A DNA stretch of 64,000 nt from positions 124,001 to 188,000 of the IMG/VR virus record IMGVR_UViG_3300017917_001342. One strand, written 5' to 3'. A program made the translations under genes and the position numbers. Every line of letters begins with the position of its first letter. Positions within the stretch are counted from its first letter, which is position 1. A model generated the notes under the pieces. That model saw only the letters and a program-made list of their open reading frames with translations, did not search any database and was not told the DNA's origin. Positions 53,826 through 62,237 of this stretch are shown here, in pieces.

Positions 53826-54539
53826 ATGAAATACGGCAATGTTGTTAAGTTTAATCTAGATGTATCGGGTACTATTTTGTCTGTAAAAGACATGTACGAA
53901 CCTAACACAGTAAAAGACATAAAAGAAAAAATCGCCAATCGAGAAGTTGGTAAACAAGTTGATCGTTGGGCTAGTTATACATTTAAAAATTATAATCATG
54001 GTAAAGGTGCAGATACTTCATTTAACGGTATCCCTCTTGAGATTAAAAGTAGGTGGGATCAAGCCAAACTTAATAGCACTGTATCTATAGGTAACATTAC
54101 AGAAAATGCAATTAAAACGAATAGATATAGTAACTTAGTTGATATTAAAAACAAGCTACAATATATGGTAATGGTTCATTACAAACTAGTATTAGTTAAT
54201 AACGTCATTGATCATGATCATATAGAAATAACAGGACATGATTTCTATAATCTAACCAGTAACGAAATACAAGCTGAACTAGAACACTTGCTTAACTGTG
54301 CTATTGATGCCTATAACAATAAAAATATAAAGCCGGTAACTAATGAGTGTTTAACACCTGTTAGCGATGATAATACAACACATTGGTATAAGTTTGGGGA
54401 TACGTCTAAGCTGTATATTGAAACTGAAATTAATTCAGGTAGACTTGCTGTTAAAATGTCATATTCATATCTACTTAGCTTAGGCAGACAAGTGCAAAAT
54501 ATTCGAGTTTTAAACAAAAACCCTTGTTTTGAATATTAA
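53826..54539 (+). CDS. PD-(D/E)xK nuclease-like protein
   Basis: GADTSFNGIPLEIKSR; AT-rich. Confidence 0.45.
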   Translation: MKYGNVVKFNLDVSGTILSVKDMYEPNTVKDIKEKIANREVGKQVDRWASYTFKNYNHGKGADTSFNGIPLEIKSRWDQAKLNSTVSIGNITENAIKTNRYSNLVDIKNKLQYMVMVHYKLVLVNNVIDHDHIEITGHDFYNLTSNEIQAELEHLLNCAIDAYNNKNIKPVTNECLTPVSDDNTTHWYKFGDTSKLYIETEINSGRLAVKMSYSYLLSLGRQVQNIRVLNKNPCFEY

Positions 54540-54550
54540 AAGATAAAACT

Positions 54551-54790
54551 ATGTTCTGGGATCAAGAACCAAGCGATTTTGTTGTAGACTCTGTGCATAC
54601 CAGTCATGTGATGCACTACACTAATGAAACTTGGTATGATAAATTCTGCATCAATTGTGGAGAAACCAATCAAGTACCGAAAGGATTGAGCAAGCTTGTA
54701 TTGCTCTGTCCTAACGAACCAGAACAGCATCGTATCGCCCGACTGCTGGGAGCAAGTGATGAATTTATTAAATCTACGGAGCAAACATGA
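54551..54790 (+). CDS. small CxxC protein
   Basis: CINCG. Confidence 0.5.
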   Translation: MFWDQEPSDFVVDSVHTSHVMHYTNETWYDKFCINCGETNQVPKGLSKLVLLCPNEPEQHRIARLLGASDEFIKSTEQT

Positions 54791-55395
54791 TAGATTACAA
54801 CCAGATTGCCGCAGCTATAGATTTTTATGCTAACAAGGGGTTTCAGCGTATCGAAACCCCTTGGCTAGTGTCTAAAGATATTGCAGATCTAACAAAACCG
54901 TTAGATGCTAGCACTTACATTGTTCAAAAAGACAGTGAACGTAAACAAAAAGCGTTTGTTGCCAGCGGTGAACAGAGTTTTCTCTATTTGATCAACAAAG
55001 GGCATTTGCCTTCGAGTGGTCGGTATCAAACTGTGACACCTTGCTTAAGAGATGATGCGTGGGATACAACTCACATGAAAAACTTTATCAAACTTGAATT
55101 GATAGAGTATATCACCTACAGCGATTATTCAAACATCAAACTAAACACTATTACTGCTGTGCATCGCATGGTTGATCAAGCACTGAGTTTCTTTTCAACC
55201 AAAGTAGATGCATCACTGCTGTCAGTGATAAACACTTCTACAAAAGATTCTGTATCATTTGATATCAACCTTGACGGCGTTGAAATTGGCAGTTATGGTT
55301 ACAGAAACAGTATGTTCTGTGAATGGATCTACGGCACAGGCATAGCAGAACCCAGATTTTCAAGATTAGTTAACAGTGTAAAAAGGAAACGATAA
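54787..55395 (+). CDS. class II aaRS catalytic-core-like protein (no anticodon-binding domain)
   Basis: GFQRIETPWLV (motif 1), ASGEQSF, PCLR (motif 2), YGTGIAEPR (motif 3). Confidence 0.7.
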   Translation: MIDYNQIAAAIDFYANKGFQRIETPWLVSKDIADLTKPLDASTYIVQKDSERKQKAFVASGEQSFLYLINKGHLPSSGRYQTVTPCLRDDAWDTTHMKNFIKLELIEYITYSDYSNIKLNTITAVHRMVDQALSFFSTKVDASLLSVINTSTKDSVSFDINLDGVEIGSYGYRNSMFCEWIYGTGIAEPRFSRLVNSVKRKR

Positions 55396-55655
55396 TGGCT
55401 GGATATCATCTACGAGAGATTCCACGCGGTGAATACGGCGAAGTATCTAAAATCAAAGAAGAATATGAAGAATTCTTAGAAAGTCTCGAACAGAACAATC
55501 CCATAATGGCCCTGGTAGAACTCAGTGATCTCATTGGCGCAATCGAAGGCTACGCTAAGAAACACTATAACATATCACTAGATGAAATTATGGCATTGAA
55601 AAATGCTACAGAACGTGCATTTAAATCAGGATGCCGTACACCCAAACGCTATTGA
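55395..55655 (+). CDS. MazG-like NTP pyrophosphohydrolase
   Basis: KIKEEYEEF..ELSDLIG. Confidence 0.7.
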   Translation: MAGYHLREIPRGEYGEVSKIKEEYEEFLESLEQNNPIMALVELSDLIGAIEGYAKKHYNISLDEIMALKNATERAFKSGCRTPKRY

Positions 55656-55714
55656 CACTGTGCAACGACTGTGTTATATACCAAGCATCGTAACCGAATA
55701 TAGAGGATATTCGA

Positions 55715-56287
55715 ATGTCTAAGATTAAGTTTGTTCTTGCAATTGTGTTTACACTGTTTGCTACCAACATCGCAGTAGCAGGTTCGTGTGATCAACTAGA
55801 AGTGCCAGGCATGACTGACAGTCAACTGATTGATCTCAAGAAAAAGTGTGTTGACATGTCTGGGACTGGATCTGCTACTGTATCTGCTAACAACATGGCA
55901 GAATATGCAGAACTTGGCAAAAAGTATGGCATTGCACTTAGCGAAGTTGCAAAGAGCATTGGCACTACTGTAAACGAACTTGCACAAACCCCGGTTGGTA
56001 AGTTTATGCTGGTTATGGTTGCGTATCAGGTTCTTGGCAACGATCTGCTTGGTATTGTGGGTAGCTTCCTGTGGTTTGGTATTATGATCCCGCTGTGGGT
56101 TTACATGTTCCACCGCATGGTATTAAGCACTCGCAAAACATATGAAAACTTTGATGCCAACGGCAAACTGACCAAGCGTGAGATTCAGCCAGTTAACTGG
56201 AGTGATGCGCCGGGTGTCATTGCTATTGTGATGATGTTTGTAATGCTGTTCATCTGCGTTAGCGGCTTCTTTATGGCGTTTGGTTAA
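55715..56287 (+). CDS. exported/membrane hypothetical protein
   Basis: signal peptide + TM helices. Confidence 0.75.
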   Translation: MSKIKFVLAIVFTLFATNIAVAGSCDQLEVPGMTDSQLIDLKKKCVDMSGTGSATVSANNMAEYAELGKKYGIALSEVAKSIGTTVNELAQTPVGKFMLVMVAYQVLGNDLLGIVGSFLWFGIMIPLWVYMFHRMVLSTRKTYENFDANGKLTKREIQPVNWSDAPGVIAIVMMFVMLFICVSGFFMAFG

Positions 56288-56297
56288 TAGGTGTAAA

Positions 56298-56792
56298 GTG
56301 AAAGAAGAACTGCAAACTCAACTAGAAACACGGTATCCGCTGATTTTTTCACAACGTTGTGAAATCTCATGTGGTGACGGCTGGTTTAATCTAGTTAATA
56401 CTCTGTGTCATACTATCCAAGGTCACATTGACAGTCGTGCTAGACAACGCGATTGGGCGATCAAACAGAATGAACGTCGTGAGCAGCGTATCGCTGCTGG
56501 TGAAACTGCGGTACAAGCAGAATACGACATACCAGAAGTTGTTGAGCAAGCAATTGCTCAACAGATCAAAGAAAAGTTCGGTACACTGCGTTTTTATATC
56601 ACAGGCGGTGACGATTACATCCATGGTGCAATTAATCTAGCTGATCATCTTAGCGAAACTATTTGCGAAGAATGTGGCAACGTTGGTCAACGACGTAATG
56701 GCAGTTGGATTAGAACACTGTGTGATGACCATCATGTGGCAAAGAGTCTTGGTGCGCATAGTGGCTTTTTGAATAAGATTGACAACCAATAA
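56298..56792 (+). CDS. conserved hypothetical protein
   Basis: CGDGW, QIKEKFGTLRFY, CEECG. Confidence 0.7.
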   Translation: MKEELQTQLETRYPLIFSQRCEISCGDGWFNLVNTLCHTIQGHIDSRARQRDWAIKQNERREQRIAAGETAVQAEYDIPEVVEQAIAQQIKEKFGTLRFYITGGDDYIHGAINLADHLSETICEECGNVGQRRNGSWIRTLCDDHHVAKSLGAHSGFLNKIDNQ

Positions 56793-56856
56793 ACTAGACA
56801 ATATAAATAACTGCGCAACGGGATAGACCCAACGCATAACAATAGTAGGATTTACT

Positions 56857-57954
56857 ATGGACAAAAAATATGATATGGCTGTATTCATCGGCCGCCTTGA
56901 GCCCTTTACTGAAGCACACCGTCGAAATGTGCAAACTGCGCTCAACAATGCAAAAAAAGTCACTGTGATTATTGGCTCTGCAAATGCGCCACGCAGTCAT
57001 CGTTTGCCTTTTACTTTTGAAGAACGTGCAGCAATGGTCAAAGCTGCGTTTCCGGCAGATGCAGATCGTATCTACTGCGAACCTGTTGAAGATACTATCT
57101 ACAACGACGAACAGTGGGTTAAAAACGTACAAGCTGCTGTGAAGCATGCGTTTACTGCTGCATTTGGTGCTTGGCATCCACTGGCAAAAGTTGCACTGGT
57201 TGGGCACGGCAAAGACAGCACTAGCTTTTACCTAAAACTGTTTCCACAGTGGGAAAGCATCAACGTACCTAATCACAAAAATATCAATGCAACTGATGTT
57301 CGTAAAAAGTTTTTCAGCGTTGATTCGATGTATGAACCAATTATGAATGTGCTGTCGCTAGACGAACTTCCGCAGTCGACTATTGATTTTCTACACAAAT
57401 TTTCTATGTCGCCTGACTACAGCAACATTGTAGATGAATACGAATTTGTTAAAAAGTATCGCAGTGCATGGGATGCTGCACCGTTTCCTCCGACATTTGT
57501 CACTGTTGACAGTGTGATTGTGCAGAGTGGTCACATCTTGCTTGTAGAACGTGGTGCTCGTCCTGGTAAAGGACTTTGGGCATTGCCGGGTGGGTTCCTT
57601 CGTGCATACGACGAACTTGACAGCAAATCTGGTAAGATGAAGCCAGCAGACAAGACTATGCTCGACGGTGCTATCCGCGAACTGCGTGAAGAAACTAAGA
57701 TCAAAGTGCCAGAACCAGTTCTGCGTGGCAATGTAAAAGCATCACAGGTGTTTGCTGATCCGAACCGCAGCAGCCGCGGGCGTACTATTACACATGCGTT
57801 TCTTATTCATCTTCCGCCAAACGAAGAACTGCCTAAAGTCAAAGGCAGCGACGATGCAAAGAAAGCCAAATGGGTACCGCTTGCAGACGTTAAACGCAAT
57901 ATGATGTTTGAAGATCACTATGACATCATTTTGTCTATGACTGCACTGATCTAA
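56857..57954 (+). CDS. nadM: bifunctional NMN adenylyltransferase / Nudix ADP-ribose hydrolase
   Basis: FIGRLEPFTEAH, IGSAN, LPGGF, AIRELREET Nudix box. Confidence 0.92.
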   Translation: MDKKYDMAVFIGRLEPFTEAHRRNVQTALNNAKKVTVIIGSANAPRSHRLPFTFEERAAMVKAAFPADADRIYCEPVEDTIYNDEQWVKNVQAAVKHAFTAAFGAWHPLAKVALVGHGKDSTSFYLKLFPQWESINVPNHKNINATDVRKKFFSVDSMYEPIMNVLSLDELPQSTIDFLHKFSMSPDYSNIVDEYEFVKKYRSAWDAAPFPPTFVTVDSVIVQSGHILLVERGARPGKGLWALPGGFLRAYDELDSKSGKMKPADKTMLDGAIRELREETKIKVPEPVLRGNVKASQVFADPNRSSRGRTITHAFLIHLPPNEELPKVKGSDDAKKAKWVPLADVKRNMMFEDHYDIILSMTALI

Positions 57955-57965
57955 GGACAAAGAAA

Positions 57966-58196
57966 ATGGCACATTACACTCAGGGTGACAAAAGTCGAGC
58001 AATATGCGAAGACTGTAATCGCATTGTTACTACTACATTTGAAATTCGTGATGTGCCATTTTTTGACGGATCTGGCCTAGCAGAAAATGTTCTTGTTGCT
58101 GTATGCGATGATTGTAACAGTGTAGTAGCAATACCTGCACAATCTGCATTGGAAATACGAGCAGCTTGGGATAAAACAAGATTGGAATCAAAATGA
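57966..58196 (+). CDS. small Zn-ribbon protein
   Basis: CEDC ... CDDC. Confidence 0.65.
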   Translation: MAHYTQGDKSRAICEDCNRIVTTTFEIRDVPFFDGSGLAENVLVAVCDDCNSVVAIPAQSALEIRAAWDKTRLESK

Positions 58197-58594
58197 AAAT
58201 TGGTGTTACAGGTACTCGCAGCGGAATGAATGAAACACAATTTGCCGAAGTGCAAAACTATCTAAGTCAGTTTGATCCTGCTACTACAGAACTACATCAC
58301 GGTGACTGTGTTGGCGTAGATGCCGAAGTAGCTGTTCTTGCAAAATCGTTGGGTATGCGTGTTGTATGTCATCCACCTGAGAAGGATGATCTTCGTGCAT
58401 TCGTTGAAAGTGACGAATCTAAAACGCCGCTAAGCTACTTTGCTCGTAACCGTAACATTGTAGATGAAACTGATCAATTGCTAGTTGTGCCATATCAAGA
58501 TAAACATCAGCCCAATGGTGGTACTTGGTACACACATGACTATGCAAAGAAAAAACATAAAAACACCATTGTGTTTTTTCCTAAAAGAGACTAA
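58193..58594 (+). CDS. SLOG-family nucleotide-binding protein
   Basis: IGVTGTR, LHHGDCVGVD, RNRNIVD, GGTW. Confidence 0.7.
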   Translation: MKIGVTGTRSGMNETQFAEVQNYLSQFDPATTELHHGDCVGVDAEVAVLAKSLGMRVVCHPPEKDDLRAFVESDESKTPLSYFARNRNIVDETDQLLVVPYQDKHQPNGGTWYTHDYAKKKHKNTIVFFPKRD

Positions 58595-58650
58595 ATTATA
58601 GTATAAGTCCTCGAAATAGATTGAGGCAGCAACGTCAAGGGATACTTGAA

Positions 58651-58995
58651 ATGACCGTTAAACCTATTAAGCCGAGCGAACTGCCGGCTGTGCGACTAAA
58701 ACAAATTCCAGACACTGTGATTGACTGCTGGAATAACATTATCGCAAAAAACTGGAACCCCACAAACAAGCGCAGTTGTGTACTGCAAAAGGATATTGTC
58801 GCGCTTATCCTCGAACAGCATCCAGATATTGAACGTCATACTGTATTTGACGAGCATTGGCTGGATATCGAAGATCTCTATCGCGAACAGGGTTGGCTTG
58901 TAAAATATGACAAGCCACACTACACTGAAAGCTACGAAGCTAATTTTGAATTCCGTGAAAATCCTGTGCCTGATCTAAGTGACAGGCAACGCTAA
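58651..58995 (+). CDS. hypothetical protein
   Basis: WLDIEDLYREQGWLVKYDKP. Confidence 0.65.
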   Translation: MTVKPIKPSELPAVRLKQIPDTVIDCWNNIIAKNWNPTNKRSCVLQKDIVALILEQHPDIERHTVFDEHWLDIEDLYREQGWLVKYDKPHYTESYEANFEFRENPVPDLSDRQR

Positions 58996-59056
58996 CAGTT
59001 ACTAACCAAGTCCAACTGATAGACAGTTGGCATCTAACTCAAGGGAGACTTGAAAA

Positions 59057-60436
59057 ATGACTAACCTAATCCTAAACACAGACAGCTACAAAGCCAGCCA
59101 TTGGGGACAATACCCTAAAGGCACTGAAAACGTTTTCAGCTACATCGAAAGCCGCGGTGGCATCTTTGATCGCACAGTGGTATTTGGACCGCAGATGTTT
59201 GTCAAAAACACGCTGATGAAAGGTGTCACAGTAGACAACGTTAAAGAAGCCAAAGAAATGTGGACTGCACATGGCGAGCCTTTTAACGAAGACGGCTGGA
59301 TGGACATTGCAACACGACTCGGTGGTAAACTACCTCTGCTAATCAAAGCTGTACCCGAAGGCACTGTGCTACCAACTCACAACGCTATGGTTACAGTTGA
59401 AGCTACTGATCCCAAGCACTACTGGTTGACCAGCTACGTTGAAACACCACTGCTTCGTGCAGTTTGGTACCCAACTACAGTTGCTACTCTCAGCTGGCAT
59501 ATCAAGCAGTTGATCAAAGCTGCAATTGAAAAGACTAGTGATGTTCCTGAACAGATTGCATTCAAACTGCATGACTTTGGTGCTCGCGGTGTCAGCAGCG
59601 AAGAAACTGCTATGATCGGTGGCGCTGCACACCTTGTCAACTTCATGGGTACTGACACTATGAGCGGCATTGTTGCTGCTAAGCGTTTCTATCATGAACC
59701 CATGGCAGGTTTCAGTATTCCTGCTGCTGAACACAGCACTATGACTAGCTGGGAACGCGATCACGAAGTAGATGCGTATGCAAACATGATTGATCTCTAT
59801 GCTAAGCCTGGTGCACTGTTTGCAGTTGTTAGCGACAGCTATGACTTTTGGAATGCTGTTAGCAACATCTGGGGCGAGCAACTGCGAGAACGTGTGATCA
59901 ACAGTGGTGCAACACTGGTAGTGCGTCCTGATAGCGGTGATCCTACTACTGTGCCTGTTAAAGCTATTCAGTTGCTTGCTGAAAAGTTTGGTTACACTGT
60001 AAACAGCAAAGGTTACAAAGTTCTGCCTAGCTGTGTGCGAGTGATCCAAGGTGACGGTATCACACTGGACAGCATCAAAGTTATCATCAAGAATCTCACT
60101 GATGCTGGCTTTGCTATTGACAACCTTGCATTTGGTATGGGCGGCGGACTTGGTCAGATGGTCAACCGTGACACACTGAAGTTTGCACAGAAAGCCAGTG
60201 CTGCTAAAGTCAACGGTGTATGGCGCGATGTCTACAAAGACCCCGTAACTGACCACGGTAAGCGTAGCAAGCGCGGTCGTCTTGCACTGGTACGTGACCG
60301 TGGACACTGGGAAACTGTACGCGAAGAAGATCGCATGGGTGTTGATTACCTGGAACCAATCTTCTGCAACGGCGAACTGCTGCGTGACCAAACCTTTGCA
60401 GATATTCGCGCTCGTAGCGAAATTGCACAAGACTAA
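59057..60436 (+). CDS. nadV: nicotinamide phosphoribosyltransferase
   Basis: TDSYKASH, LHDFGARG, PAAEHST, VSDSYD, RPDSGDP, QGDGI. Confidence 0.95.
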   Translation: MTNLILNTDSYKASHWGQYPKGTENVFSYIESRGGIFDRTVVFGPQMFVKNTLMKGVTVDNVKEAKEMWTAHGEPFNEDGWMDIATRLGGKLPLLIKAVPEGTVLPTHNAMVTVEATDPKHYWLTSYVETPLLRAVWYPTTVATLSWHIKQLIKAAIEKTSDVPEQIAFKLHDFGARGVSSEETAMIGGAAHLVNFMGTDTMSGIVAAKRFYHEPMAGFSIPAAEHSTMTSWERDHEVDAYANMIDLYAKPGALFAVVSDSYDFWNAVSNIWGEQLRERVINSGATLVVRPDSGDPTTVPVKAIQLLAEKFGYTVNSKGYKVLPSCVRVIQGDGITLDSIKVIIKNLTDAGFAIDNLAFGMGGGLGQMVNRDTLKFAQKASAAKVNGVWRDVYKDPVTDHGKRSKRGRLALVRDRGHWETVREEDRMGVDYLEPIFCNGELLRDQTFADIRARSEIAQD

Positions 60437-60556
60437 AACTTTAGTAGAGAGTGTAATAACTCTCTACTATCTTTTTCTAAAGTAACTATTGACACCATTC
60501 AAAATAACTGCTATAAATCAACTCTTAGATTAACAACTCATACGAGGTCGAATACC

Positions 60557-62221
60557 ATGAGTGCTAGCGCATCACTATCGCGTAAACAACAACTTGAAGA
60601 AATTCTTGCCGTTCGCGGCAAGGCTGCACCAACTGCTAAGCAAAAAGAAGAAGTTGCTGCAAAAGATTCTCGATTTGCAAAGATTGAAACTAATCCTTTC
60701 TTTCAAGCAATTTTCGACGAATCACTAAGCCCTGAACAAAAGCAAGCTGCTGTTACCAAGCTGCTTACATTCACAGGTACACGAGAAGAAAATCGTGAAC
60801 GTGTTAAGGCGTTTGACCTGTTCAAAGAATATCTGCAAAGTGAACGCGAAGTTATGGCTACGCAGATCATCAAGATGAGCGATACCAAAAACTTTGCCAC
60901 GCTGAAAACTACGTTTGAAGATATCAACTCGTCGCTGATTCAGTTTGAAAACGACATGAAGCCGTTGACAGACATTATCGACGCACTGCATGAACTGCGG
61001 GCTGATAACCAAACACTTGATGCGTTCCGTGAAATCAAAGATGAAGAAGCTCGTGCTGCTGCTATTGCAAAGCGTGATGCCGAAATCACTGACCAGATTA
61101 ATGCTGTGCAGGCACGTATCAATGAACTCAAAACTCAAAACAAAGTTGAAGAACAAAAGAAAGGTTTCTTTGGCTTTGGTGGGTTGAAGCCCGATGCGAT
61201 CCAAAACATCGCACGTAACAATGTAGCTATTGAAAACGCTGCTGCTGAACTGCAAAAAATGGCAGACGAGGCCAAAGCCAATGCTGCAAAAAATACCAAC
61301 ACTGAAAGCAAAGTTACTAATCTTGCAGCTAAAGAAAAGCTGAAAGAAATGCTTAACCTTGCCACTGATGAACATCAGCAACGTTCGCAGAACTTGATCA
61401 ATAGTGCTGTTAACTTTGTTCAAACTTCTAAGAGCAAGATTGAAACTATTCGTGAACACCTGTCTAACATGGGTGGGCAGATTCAAAATCTCGATGATGC
61501 TAACAGCCAAATGAGTTTCATCTATGCTATCCTTGGTGAAGGTGTCAAGGGTGCAGAAAATGAAAACAAAAAGCTGCGCGAATCTGTACTGCAAGCACCT
61601 GAAACTGAAAACATGGTTGAGAAACTGACACGCGAATCCAAACAGCGTGATCTCAATGAGCATATTCAAATGCTTGAAGTCAGTGCTGCTGATACCACTG
61701 CAACGGTTGCGGACTTGACCAGTGCTAGCATTCGTATTAAGAATATGAATGACGCTAACCAAAGTCAGATCCAAATGGCTCGTGACATGCATGCTCGCGG
61801 TGTTGCTGGTGTTGCAGACCGACTGAGTACTGTTATCCAAGCTGTTGGTGCTGCTGCAATTGCCGAGTCTAATGCTATGACTGCTGAAACACTGCACACT
61901 ATGTCTACTAACACTGACATTATTGCGCAGAAAGAGTCGATGCGTATCGCAATGGGTCTGCAGGATCGCAACAACGACATGGTTCGTGCTATCGAAAGCC
62001 TTGCACAGTATGGCGAAGTCAACAAGGTTGCTACCGAGTTTACACGTCAAGGTATCGAAACGCTGCGTGAAAATCTTAACTTGATGGAACAGACTGCCCG
62101 AGAGGTTGCAGAAACTGTGCTTGAAAGCAAGAGCGTAGTTGCTGATGTTGTCATGGGTAAGAATGCCGATGACAACAAAGCAGTTGAAACCAAAAAAGCC
62201 AAAAGCCCGTTTAACCTCTAA
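60557..62221 (+). CDS. large coiled-coil protein
   Basis: 554-aa helical, Ala/Glu/Lys-rich ORF; promoter and GAGG RBS upstream. Confidence 0.8.
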   Translation: MSASASLSRKQQLEEILAVRGKAAPTAKQKEEVAAKDSRFAKIETNPFFQAIFDESLSPEQKQAAVTKLLTFTGTREENRERVKAFDLFKEYLQSEREVMATQIIKMSDTKNFATLKTTFEDINSSLIQFENDMKPLTDIIDALHELRADNQTLDAFREIKDEEARAAAIAKRDAEITDQINAVQARINELKTQNKVEEQKKGFFGFGGLKPDAIQNIARNNVAIENAAAELQKMADEAKANAAKNTNTESKVTNLAAKEKLKEMLNLATDEHQQRSQNLINSAVNFVQTSKSKIETIREHLSNMGGQIQNLDDANSQMSFIYAILGEGVKGAENENKKLRESVLQAPETENMVEKLTRESKQRDLNEHIQMLEVSAADTTATVADLTSASIRIKNMNDANQSQIQMARDMHARGVAGVADRLSTVIQAVGAAAIAESNAMTAETLHTMSTNTDIIAQKESMRIAMGLQDRNNDMVRAIESLAQYGEVNKVATEFTRQGIETLRENLNLMEQTAREVAETVLESKSVVADVVMGKNADDNKAVETKKAKSPFNL

Positions 62222-62237
62222 TTAAGGGACTATAACA

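Noticed and set aside
41349-62050. Long minus-strand ORFs 41349-42116, 48773-49969, 59369-60430, 60725-62050
   Set aside because: They are antisense shadows of well-supported + strand genes.
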